The position numbers were made by a program, and so were the translations under genes. Below, piece after piece: positions 1 to 11,805 of a stretch of 44,541 bases of DNA; position 1 is the stretch's first letter; each line of letters begins with the position of its first letter. Source of the DNA: Welwitschia mirabilis (Eukaryota); NCBI GenBank assembly GCA_051453625.1, contig JBOZIK010000001.1:29796565-29841105 (forward strand). The letters run 5' to 3'. The notes under the pieces are model-generated. The model made no database searches and was not told where the DNA came from. It saw only the letters and a program-made list of their open reading frames with translations.

Positions 1-1447
1 AAATCATCAATCATAGTGAGAAAATAATGTTTTCCACCTAGACTTCAAGTTTAAGCTAGACCTACTAGATTCATATGGATAAGCTCTAATGGCATAGATG
101 TGGAAGTCTAGTTTTTACTTTTATGTAAATTCCTTATTTGTTTTTTCTTTTAGCATGCATCACATAACCTTGTTTTTCTACATTTATCTTAGGAATACCT
201 TTTACAATGTTTTTATGAATAATCATTTTTAATTGATCATGATTAACATGACCTAGTCATTTATGCCAAATCTTTTCTTGAGAAACATTTAAAAAATAAC
301 ATGAAGAAAATTATTGATCTATGCTATATACATTATCTATTCTACTTGCTCTAAGAATTACATTATTAGATTTTTCATGTAAAATTTCACATTTTAATTT
401 ATCGAAGACTACCTTATGGCCTTTGTGATAAATTCAAATAATGCTCATTAAATTATGCTTTAAATCATTTACATTTAAAACTTAATTAATTCTAGGAAGG
501 TTACCTCTACCAATGCTTCCAATGCCTTCTATATTTGCTCTTCATTGTCACTGAAAGTCACTTCTCCTCTATTAAAGTTAGTTAATTGCTTAAACCTGGA
601 TCTATCTCCTATCATATGCCTTGAACACCTACTATCTAGATACCAGCTAGTGCTATTTGAAATCTTGAAAGTTATCTGAATTAAAAGACTTTTAAGATCA
701 TTAGCTTTCACCCACATAGTCTTTTTAGACTTATATGGTATACATCCTTTTGGAAATAGTACTAATTGAGTTTGAGAATAATATTAATTTTCTACCATTA
801 CATAAAAGTTTTAAATGATTAATTTTTTCATAGAAATGAGAAGTAACTTTTGAGAAGAACTTACTATTTCATGTTACTTGATTTTGCTTCTTTTGAGGTT
901 TTTAAGNNNNNNNNNNNNNNNNNNNNNNNNNNNNNNNNNNNNNNNNNNNNNNNNNNNNNNNNNNNNNNNNNNNNNNNNNNNNNNNNNNNNNNNNNNNNNN
1001 NNNNNNNNNNNNNNNNNNNNNNNNNNNNNNNNNNNNNNNNNNNNNNNNNNNNNNNNNNNNNNNNNNNNNNNNNNNNNNNNNNNNNNNNNNNNNNNNNNNN
1101 NNNNNNNNNNNNNNNNNNNNNNNNNNNNNNNNNNNNNNNNNNNNNNNNNNNNNNNNNNNNNNNNNNNNNNNNNNNNNNNNNNNNNNNNNNNNNNNNNNNN
1201 NNNNNNNNNNNNNNNNNNNNNNNNNNNNNNNNNNNNNNNNNNNNNNNNNNNNNNNNNNNNNNNNNNNNNNNNNNNNCTCTTTGTCAAATTTTTGAACTAA
1301 TCTATTATCACTTTCACTTAATTCCTTTGCATTTCCACTATTTTCAATTTGTTTTAAAAAATATCCACATACTATCCAAAACATACAAGTAAAAATACAA
1401 GTATCTAAGAAGGGCATATTTGAAAAATCAACAAAGGAATTACTCAT
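1..1447 (-). pseudogene. Degenerate copia gag-pol (gag, aspartic protease, start of integrase)
   Basis: ORF 529-717 carries the copia protease motif; integrase motif lies at the window edge; stops, frameshifts and an N-gap (907-1276) interrupt it. The ATG at 1447 lies just inside the PBS. Confidence 0.8.
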
Positions 1448-1499
1448 TATAGGATTATAAAGTCTAGATCGGTTAAAATCTAAAGAAAGACTTTACTTA

Positions 1500-1511
1500 G
1501 CTTTCATATCA
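1500..1511 (-). promoter_or_regulatory. Degenerate primer-binding site (tRNA-iMet type)
   Basis: Minus strand reads ...CCTATCA-AT-TGATATGAAAGC versus canonical TGGTATCAGAGC, with the same 2-nt AT spacer as the element at 15147-15148. Confidence 0.7.
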
Positions 1512-1513
1512 AT

Positions 1514-2930
1514 TGATAGGATCGAGAACCCTAGACAAGGGAGTGAATATGTTCTTAAAACAAATTAACTAATAATTCATAATATATCAAAAGTTTGATT
1601 AAAATAATTTGCTAATAAAATTATGCATATGAAGAAAAACTAAAAGTATTCAAAGTAATGAAACTAACAGAAATCATAAAATACTAAATAGATACACCAC
1701 CTACTTTACTCTCAACAATCAACTTATTTTCAAGCTTGATCTAGATCTTTATTAACTCTTTCAAGTATTGCAGGTTCACCTGTCACCTTTAAAAATAGAC
1801 TTTTATAGGCTTAGTCTCAACCTTTAGAGAATGTAGTAATGATGTTAAGAATGCCTTAATGCACAAATATCACTTTTTCTTGATACAATGGATTTGATGG
1901 AGCTCTTCTTCTATAGATTTATAATAGATAAAGTACTAGATCTAACCTTAAATGTACAAATAACACAAATGATATATATTCCTTAGTCAAGAGTACAAAT
2001 GCTAAGATTCAATAGTAAATATCACAAGATTTTAGTACTTTTTTATGAGTTAAAAATATTCTTTCATCATCTCTGTCTTGGCTATTTATATTAAAAGGCT
2101 TTTAGGGTTTATTATATTTGAAAATGTGCTTCTAATGTCTATATAGCTAAAAAACGACTATCTAATGGATACATAATAGATATAAAATGGATAGAAAATT
2201 TAATTCTATTCTCGTACGTCAACTCCTCAAAAGTCTAGTTGACACCATCTAGTGCTATAACTTACACAGGTCACCCAAGTGAAATTTTCAATCATCCCAG
2301 TTTCTTATAGCTTCACATCCAATTGACCCCTCAAGGTTCAGTGGACCCCAATCTAGTCATCCATCATTATGTCTGATTACCTACTAGTTCTTAGTCAACC
2401 CCATGATGATCGGCTCAGGCGTATCAGCTGCACATTGCTCAGCTCTAATTGATCCCTTTAAAGGTTCAGTCGACCCCTTAATAATTGGTTTAGGAGTACT
2501 ATTCTTAGGTTCATAGATCTGGTCGACCCCATCATAGGTCCAGTCGACCCCTTGTTATTTAGTTTAGGGATACTGTTACCAAGACCACAAATCTAGTCGA
2601 CCCCATAAAGGTCTGGTTGACCCCTTATCATTCGGTTCAGGGATACTAGCTCTCAAGATTATAGGTTTGGTTGACTCCATCATAAATCTGATCGATCCCT
2701 GTGAATTTAGTTCAATTCTAAGTGTCTTATTCAGGTGCGGTCAACCCCTTAAAAGTCTGGTTGCTCCTCGGGTGAATAAGTGAACTTGACAGGTTTCTAG
2801 TGATCAGAATTAAATAGTTTTGGCTTCATCATTAAACCTGCAAGTAATTAACATCTTTTGCACAAGATACACAAAATTTTCTATACAAAAAACATTAGTT
2901 TGACATCAATTAGCAAAACATAATCTAACA
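1514..2930 (-). repeat. 5' LTR (about 1.4 kb) of the left Sirevirus
   Basis: Minus strand begins TGTTAGATTATGTTTTG and ends CCTATCA; TATAAATAGCC at 2090-2080; U3 array of GTCGAC-core motifs; abuts the PBS. Confidence 0.78.
2210..2770. repeat. U3 repeat array with GTCGACCCC core, about 74-bp period
   Basis: Core copies at 2448/2469, 2522/2543, 2596/2616, 2670/2691, 2740/2760, plus more degenerate copies at 2218-2400. Confidence 0.85.
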
Positions 2931-4169
2931 GAATTGGCTTGATTTAACTTTTCAATTAAAGAAAGGAAGGAAATTCTAGAGGAAGTAATAAGGATAAGGA
3001 GAAAAAGGGGCATAAATATAACTAGTAGTAAATCAAAATATAAAGCAAAAAATAAGATTGATGAATGTATAAGATCAACTATAAACATACATTAAATAAG
3101 CATATAAGAATGAAATAGGACATAGAAAGTAAATAAAAAAGGTTGAGTAATATAGTAATATCATAATGATAAATGTGAAATGAAGGTAATATAAAATGAT
3201 AAATATAACTATATATAAAGGTATAAAATGGTGGGTAATAAGTAAATATGAAGAAGTGTAGAAGGTTGTTATGAGATGAAAGGCAAGTAAAGATTATATG
3301 AAGTAAGCGTAAGTGAGAAAACAGAATACAAGATGAAAGTGGAAAACAAAAATTAGATAAGATGGGAAGAAATTAAAAAAGAAAACTTGAATATTAAAAA
3401 CATTAGAAGTATAGTGAATTTCATTAAACAGGAATCATAAATATTTTTAAATTGTTTTGCTATCAAACCATTATTAATTTATATTTGATCTTAAATGTAT
3501 ACACATAATTGACCATGGGGTATGTGTGTGAAATTATTATGATGCTAATATCAATTTTGATTAATAAGAACATAAATGGAAAATGATTTATAAGGTATTA
3601 ATAATACCAATCCTAATGTTAAGATGGAAAATACCTTGAATCCAACATGAAGTTTAGATAATTTAACAAATTCACTATTTTATAATAACCCTTAGAGACA
3701 AATAAATATATCTACATGTATATGAGACATAATATCATGATTTTTCCTTTTATTATTCTATTGATATCATAAGTAATCTAATTTATAGACTTGATTTTAT
3801 TATGTTAGAATTATAAAAGAAATAGTTATGACATTTTGCTATCATACTGACATGTGTCTTTATGATTTAATGTAAGTACGTATGCATGTTATAGTTATAC
3901 AATGATGCAAGTTTAGCACATTCCTCAATCATTAAATTTGCTTCTTATATGCCTTAACACATTTCAGATATATATTCTTAAACATATAAGGTTGATGCTT
4001 ATGAATTAAATCTCTCAAATAGTTACATGTCATACTGTACATAAAATGATATATTATTAGTGATTTTTCTATGATGTTTATTGAAATAGTTAGGCATTTA
4101 ATTTGTTGTCTTTATTCATTAACCTCTATCATGCTAAGTACGTTGATACTAGTGATTTAATTAATGGAA

Positions 4170-5090
4170 CATGAGCTAGTTCCTTTGGCATTTTGCATAA
4201 TTATATATTATTAGATTCATTATGTTATATTATAAAAGGAGCAGCTATGAGGTACCCCACTAAAATGGTGCATATGTATGTGTATATGTATGTATGTGTG
4301 TGTGTTAATCATATTTTTACATGATTTTATTGTAATAACATTTTATTATAATACTTCCTTCTCATTAGCTTGCACTAAGACATTGGGAAGATATGAGGGA
4401 TCTCTTGAGCTTAGTGAATGAGGTTACTAATGAATATTTTAGTCAAGTGATTAGATGGTTCACAATATATATATTTGGTTACCCATATATGATTTATATT
4501 AATATACATACATGTTTTTATCAAGAATGTGTTAGAATTACTTATTAGGGATGGATGTTATAACCTTAGATTTCTTGACTAGTTGCATCTTATATTTTTA
4601 CATAGCTACTATGCACATGTATGTATGTATAGATGTGTGATATTGTTTGATACATACTCTTCTTCTAATTGAGTTGAATTTTAAGTTCTTTCATTATTCT
4701 TGCATTGTTTTATGCCTAGGATTACCACGTTCCTATTGATATGGACCACCTTGATCTATATTATGCTCATGTGTATTGGTGAAGATGGAAACGAGATCCA
4801 AGATAGAACTATGTCTGGGATGAACTCCTCTAGATGACAATACATAGGTGTGATTTCTTAATTGTTAATGTAACCAACCATTTAACCACGACTTACACAT
4901 TGCTTTTGTATGTTCCTAATTAAGATTTCTAAATAACATTAAGTTTGGATGTGGTGTTACTCAAGTGAGCTATTATAATATATTTTACTTAAGGTATAAC
5001 TTATGAATAACTAAAAGGCAAGTCTCTTAGTCATAACCTAATTGATCCACCATAATGGTTAATTAAGCAATTATATTTAATTAATATTAA
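4170..5090 (+). repeat. LTR-like dispersed repeat, copy 1 (homologous to the reverse complement of 42127-43106); boundaries approximate
   Basis: Colinear matches, e.g. TTATTAGATTCATTATG..TTATAAAAGGAGCAGCTA.GAGGTACC and GACCACCTTGATCTAT.TTATGCTCATG, over about 900 bp. Confidence 0.8.
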
Positions 5091-8072
5091 AAAAACTAGT
5101 GCCTCTTAAGTCTAATTCAAGGCCAAGTTGTGGCATTGATTCCATGCCTCCTAACACTATTTTAGCATTTGTTCATAGCCCTCTATCTATGATCTTACAA
5201 TGCTCTTTTTGTACTTCCTATGTTCACATCCCATTACTTGCCAACATTGCTTTTCTCTTATAGTGCCCACAGCTTATCAACTTGTGATTTGCTTGCTACT
5301 AATCATTAACTTTAGTCTTTCTCTATTTCATCATGCTGTTGTGTGCCATTATAATCTACTGATATAGTTGTCTTTATTTTGCTTGTATACCTTGCTTTTC
5401 TAGCACTCCTGAGTTTTAGCCTCTTGTGTGTTGTGCCTCCTCCACAATGTTCACCATCTGCTAGTGTGAACCACATCCACTACTCCATGCGTCTGAGTTC
5501 CAACTGCAACATGCTTCCTATGCTCTATCCCATATGCTAACCTTTGCCTTGATAGCATCTTGAGTTCACTACACTCCTATCCTCTACCTCCCATAACCAG
5601 CCTACTGCATGGTTACTACTCCTACCTACCTGGTGCTTTTGTTACTTTGTCGTATCTCTAGCGTAGCTAGTCACTACTGACCTACCATTACACCTTGGCC
5701 TGGCTGGTCTATGTTTCTCTATTATGCTAATGATACCTATGTGTCAATTGTTTTCCATTAACTAATTTGTAGATCATTTTGCTCAAAATGAAGATAGGAA
5801 GTTGAGTATTTTAAATTGAATGAACTTTGTTTTTATCTTTTTAAATCATTTAAAACTTTAAATTTTTGTGTCTATCTTCTCTGCTACATCTTCCTCTACT
5901 ATCACAATGTTGTCTTATCAGAAACTAGCTCTATCATTATAAGTTCTTCCATATCTACTGCCTAAAGAAACCCTACATCATTTGCTATAATAGCCTGTTG
6001 TACCATAATAACCTCAATGTAGAGCGTTGTTCTTCTCATCTTACTTCCTTTGACACTGTCAATTCTAGGGAATATATAGCTTTATCCCACTTTGCTAGAA
6101 GGGTCCTTTATTATTATGAACTCTCACTTTATTAAAAGTAGAGCAAGCAACTCCGCATTTCTCAATCAAGTTGGTATTTGCATGCTTCATCAGCATTCAT
6201 AGTTGACAGAAAGGTATTGTGGCATTATGATGTACATGTATCCTTGGGACATCATCCATCATATGTCCCACTATTAGTGTGGTATTTTTGTTGGTCATCT
6301 ATTATTTTCTGTGGTCCCTCTACCATTTTTAATATCTTGCAGCTTGAATTGAACAAGATATGACATAAACATAGTAACAAATTTCTCGTGCCATCCACAT
6401 AAGTAATAATTTTTTAAAATAACCTTGGACCTAAGGTTTATCTTTGACCAAAACCCTTCTTTGAGATACATGTGGATTTTGGCTTAGTAGTTTTAGTTGG
6501 ATAGATATGTGAAATTACTCTATTTTGCCTCATTAGTTTTGCATTTTTATGCACATGTGATTTGTGCTAGTTAATCTTCTGTTTCTATGTACATGTGACT
6601 TATGCTACTAAACCATTTCTCATCCATTGCTTAGTTATGCACATATGTGCTTTAGTTAGTCATTGCTTAGTTGTCAGCAGAGTTTTGTGCATATGCACAG
6701 TTTTATGCAATTTTTTATTTTTTGAGCTTTTTAAGCCCTTTTTTGAAAATTTTGAGTATTTTTCAGACTTATAAGCCCAAAACTCAATTCTCATCATCAA
6801 ATCAAGCTAAGACATTGAGAAATTTCCCTTGATTTTAATGTTTTAGATCTTTTGTATTATTTTAAGCTCATTTTTGTACTCTTTTTGAGGTTTTTTTTTT
6901 GAGGGGGTAGATATTGGAGGTTAAATGTCTCTTATAAAGTCAAGTTAAGATGTGAAACAAGATGCCTCGACTTGATTTTTCCTCTTGAATTATTTTTATG
7001 ATTTGGATAGATTAAGCTAAGTTGGATGTTGAGAAAGATTTACTTACCTTAATTATACCACAATCAATTCCTTTTTGCTATGTCTTGGTCTTTGTTTTTT
7101 AATAATACATAATAATTTTATTAATCTTTTTTAAGTCAAGTCATAAAAAAGGAAATTACTTTTCATTGAGTGGTGGGGAGCATGGGGAGTCTTACTTAAA
7201 TAAATATCCGTGTTAGGCTTTACATTATCTTCTAAATCTTATTCAGTAGTCTTAACTATCATAACTACAAAGTTTGATCTATACAAAGAGTTNNNNNNNN
7301 NNNNNNNNNNNNNNNNNNNNNNNNNNNNNNNNNNNNNNNNNNNNNNNNNNNNNNNNNNNNNNNNNNNNNNNNNNNNNNNNNNNNNNNNNNNNTAGTCTTA
7401 ACTATCATAACTACAAAGTTTGATCTATACAAAGAGTTGTAACTCTCTTAACAAGACATGTCTCAAGTGCCTCTAGGTCCAGATTCCTATGTATGCCTTA
7501 GTAATTAAGGGTATATTTAATGAAAGCTAGAGGCATAATGGTAGGATCTTCTTATATTACATGATATTTTCCCTTAAGGGGGATGTATAGCTAAGGTAAT
7601 CGAAATAGGCTAACAACTTGAAAGTTCCCCTAAAGTGATTCACATTTTTGTCTTTTTATTGCCTTAGAATACAAGGATACCACACTTGAAGAGGATATGA
7701 TCACTACTCAAAGTCAGGAATAGACTTTAAAATTGACTAATCTTAGTGTTTCATTAATCAACAATTAATTTAGGGCCCCCTGTATTGAAATCTATCTTAC
7801 TCATATTAAAAAACTTTAAATAAAATATCTTTGATTTTATTCTTATGTGCATAGACTTTTGCTGAGTAAGGGGGTATTCTTGGTTGTCATAGTTTGTGGT
7901 TGACAGATCACTCAATTTTTGGATTTGATTCCCTTTTAGTGTTATTATACCTCTCTGTTGTGACATTTTTATCTCTTTACTTTCATTGCATTATGCCTTG
8001 AACTGATCACTTAAAATTATGGATGAGGGCAAGATTTCTTTGCTTATGACTGTGTCATCTCTTATTTTCTTC

Positions 8073-8965
8073 NNNNNNNNNNNNNNNNNNNNNNNNNNNN
8101 NNNNNNNNNNNNNNNNNNNNNNNNNNNNNNNNNNNNNNNNNNNNNNNNNNNNNNNNNNNNNNNNNNNNNNNNNNNNNNNNNNNNNNNNNNNNNNNNNNNN
8201 NNNNNNNNNNNNNNNNNNNNNNNNNNNNNNNNNNNNNNNNNNNNNNNNNNNNNNNNNNNNNNNNNNNNNNNNNNNNNNNNNNNNNNNNNNNNNNNNNNNN
8301 NNNNNNNNNNNNNNNNNNNNNNNNNNNNNNNNNNNNNNNNNNNNNNNNNNNNNNNNNNNNNNNNNNNNNNNNNNNNNNNNNNNNNNNNNNNNNNNNNNNN
8401 NNNNNNNNNNNNNNNNNNNNNNNNNNNNNNNNNNNNNNNNNNNNNNNNNNNNNNNNNNNNNNNNNNNNNNNNNNNNNNNNNNNNNNNNNNNNNNNNNNNN
8501 NNNNNNNNNNNNNNNNNNNNNNNNNNNNNNNNNNNNNNNNNNNNNNNNNNNNNNNNNNNNNNNNNNNNNNNNNNNNNNNNNNNNNNNNNNNNNNNNNNNN
8601 NNNNNNNNNNNNNNNNNNNNNNNNNNNNNNNNNNNNNNNNNNNNNNNNNNNNNNNNNNNNNNNNNNNNNNNNNNNNNNNNNNNNNNNNNNNNNNNNNNNN
8701 NNNNNNNNNNNNNNNNNNNNNNNNNNNNNNNNNNNNNNNNNNNNNNNNNNNNNNNNNNNNNNNNNNNNNNNNNNNNNNNNNNNNNNNNNNNNNNNNNNNN
8801 NNNNNNNNNNNNNNNNNNNNNNNNNNNNNNNNNNNNNNNNNNNNNNNNNNNNNNNNNNNNNNNNNNNNNNNNNNNNNNNNNNNNNNNNNNNNNNNNNNNN
8901 NNNNNNNNNNNNNNNNNNNNNNNNNNNNNNNNNNNNNNNNNNNNNNNNNNNNNNNNNNNNNNNNN
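8073..8965. other. Largest assembly gap (others: 907-1276, 7293-7392, 15921-15946, 28631-28730, 37154-37253, 38920-39019)
   Basis: Runs of N. Confidence 0.99.
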
Positions 8966-10449
8966 AAGTTGCTTCTAGTTTTTATCCTTTCCCAACCATT
9001 TCACATTTGGCATCATCTTCAAAGGGAAATTTTTAGTGGTTGTCAAAATCTTTCACACTCATTCTTACCATTAGGATCATGACCAACATCATAATCGCTC
9101 TTTAGGATGATCAGTCATGCAAGGTTCTGCATGAAAATTTCATGTTAACTATGTAGATTTATGATAATGAGAAGGAAGCTTTGGCCCATGCTCATATACC
9201 TCTTTAGGCTTTAGTTGAAGAAGCCACTTGGCAAGATATTAATAAGAAATTAATAGAGATTATGTAGAAATTTGTTTCTTATCAACATAAGAAGTTAGTT
9301 AATCAAACTAAATTAATCTATACCAACTTTTATACTTTGAGGAATACATTCTATTCCAAAAATATCTGAAGCTCCTTAACCTCATAACTTGCATGAACAG
9401 CTTGCATTATGAAAAAGTATAGATGATACAATTGAATACACAGATGTAAGACATCAAGACAAAAGCAGCAAATATTGATTCACAAAAACAAGTTTGCATT
9501 TATTATGTTAACTTAACCCACTATTATTTGAAGGAAACTTTCTTGTGTAGTTATATTATATTGCTACATAATAGTAGATAACTAAATATTATAACTTTTG
9601 ATATGATTAGTAAGAATTTCCTTTTCACTAAAGCTTAGTTTAACTTCATGGGATCTTTTACCTATGATAATGCATACAAAGTTTATTATTCTCGTGGTCA
9701 TCCTACTCGACATAAATAGTCTACCAGCAACTTCCATCCGCAAAAGAAATTGCATCACAATAATTATAAGGCTTTACAAAAATAGCAAAATAAAAAGCCT
9801 AATTAGACTTATAAAAATAAGAAGCAAGTTTAAAATATTATCAATCCTAAGAAGAACAAATATTAGTACTCACGATGTGGAAGACAGGTTAAACTGTAAA
9901 CTTATGTAGGATTCCTTAAGACAATATAAAGTCTACACATAAGGCAAATGTAGTTACTAAAGAATTTTATTTCCCTAATGATGTTGAAAATTTTAAATCA
10001 AATGTTGTCTTGGATAACTCTGACTTTATTGGTATAAATAAGTACATACGTCATGATGTTACATGAATTCTTAACATAGGTGTAACTAATCACATGACTT
10101 ATTAGCATGATCATTTTGATGACTTTATCAAATACCAAATCAGGTTTATTTTCTAAATAGGACTCTATCTTTTTTGAAAGGCTATGGTTCAATTACCCTT
10201 AACATTACTCGCTCCATAGACTATCTCTCATGTTTTGTATATTCCTTCTTTGAGATTTCATCGTTTATCACTTTCCGCTTTAGTATGAGAAGATCTATCT
10301 ATTTTCATGATGAAGCACTCATAGGACATTTATAATGATAATTAAGAATTGATCATAAAAGAATACATGGATGGAAATCTTGTTCATTTTTATAGTTGTG
10401 TTAGAATGTGAGAGATCGTATGCACAGTTTCTAAGATGAGATCTTTCCT

Positions 10450-11805
10450 TCGGTATTGTGGTGTGCTCAACTAGGACATCCTACTACTTATAAGATGAAT
10501 GAAATATGTGAAAATGAGAATTGGATTTTCCCATTAATTCCATGGGATTTTTCTTATTGTGAAGCATATATTATGGACAAAGTGACTAGATAATACTTGC
10601 ATCAAGTAAATGGTATACCAATCAAAAGATTTTACTTATACATAGTGATCTATGTGGAGCTATGCTAGTTTCCACTCATTATAGATTTTGTTGTTTTATC
10701 TCTTTTATTAATAATTATTTGTGAATGACTTGGGTGTACCTCACTAAATCCAAATTTTAAACTTTGGATATTTTCAAAAAGTTCAAAAGTAAAGTGGAAA
10801 AGTAACTCAACTATTGGATTAAGAGTCTTCACTTAGATAATGGTGACGAGTACACATCTGCAAAGTTTACAAACTTCTTACTTTTAAAGGGATTTAATAG
10901 TTGAAGACCTACCCTAAGACATCTCAACAAAATGGCATTGTTGGGTGACTTAATCATACTATCATGGATATGACACATTTCATGATGTATTTAATGGTAG
11001 TAAGACCTAACCTTAGGATGAAGTAGTGAATATATCAATACATCTTAATATTCATATTGGTCAATATATTAAAAAAGAATTATCTTCAACTAAAAAATGA
11101 TATGAATACAAGCTAAAGTTAAACCACTTTCATGTTTTTAGTTGCAAGTACTACATACATATTCCATAAAAACATCATGATAAATTTAGGGCACATTCTC
11201 ACTTCAACATTTTTATGGAATATTTAACTAACCAAAAGGATTATCTAGTGTATCTTCCAAATCCTTACAAGATCGTAGTTTCTCATGATGTCATCTTTTT
11301 AGAGACTTTAAACAATGATTTTCAACTTAATGCTTCAAAGCTTTATCCTCCCTCTAACCTAGTAACCATGTTGGATTCTCAATGTCTTATGATTAAAAGG
11401 GGAGATATGGCCACCAGTTATGCTTTAGTTCCTTCTATTGGTATGACTTATTTACAACCTATAATGATTAGGCAATTTGGTGTTCGTAGCATACTTAATC
11501 ATGGTTCAAGTAGTAACTTAGTCAATTCTCTAACTAAAGAAGCTAATACTACCTATAGACAACATCAATATACCTAGTTACAGTCTACTTCTCAAGATGT
11601 TTATGACGATGAGAAGGGTAAAACTAGAACCATACATAGATCACATATAAATCATGATGATGATGATAATGATAAGCTTCATTTAACTTTTAATGCTAAA
11701 CCAACTTCTTTAAAATACATCATTCTACACAGTTAGTTGATCCAAACCATGAAAGAAGAATACTATGTGCTTATAGAAAATGATACATGGGAGTTGGTTC
11801 ATAAA
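10450..11805 (+). pseudogene. Old Ty1/copia pol remnant (GAG-pre-integrase, integrase core, start of RT)
   Basis: Translated motifs LWCAQLGHP, LIHSDLCGAM, MTWVYLTKSK, KSLHLDNGDEY, TSQQNGIV, IVVSHDVIFLE, MKEEYYVLIENDTWELV; many stops and frameshifts. Confidence 0.85.

Larger units (their letters stand above)
1..2930 (-). mobile_element. Sirevirus-like (SIRE/Maximus) Ty1/copia LTR retrotransposon, 5' part; continues beyond the left edge of the window
   Basis: Minus-strand order is LTR (2930-1514), degenerate tRNA-iMet PBS, gag remnant, protease motif WYLDSRCSRHMIGD, GAG-pre-integrase, and integrase start SLGGKHYFLTMIDDF at about 45-1. C-rich U5 motif TATTCACTCCCTTGTCTAG is present. Confidence 0.88.

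Noticed and set aside
850..1392. Long ORFs spanning N-runs (also 8019-8978, 7210-7395, 37139-37324)
   Set aside because: Open only because N codons contain no stops.
5100..8070. Possible retroelement relics (minus-strand KGPF..LAKWDKAIYSLEL near 6110-6055; PPT-like TTGAGGGGG at 6899 and TTAAGGGGGATGT at 7574)
   Set aside because: Too degenerate to assign by eye; needs a frameshift-aware profile search.
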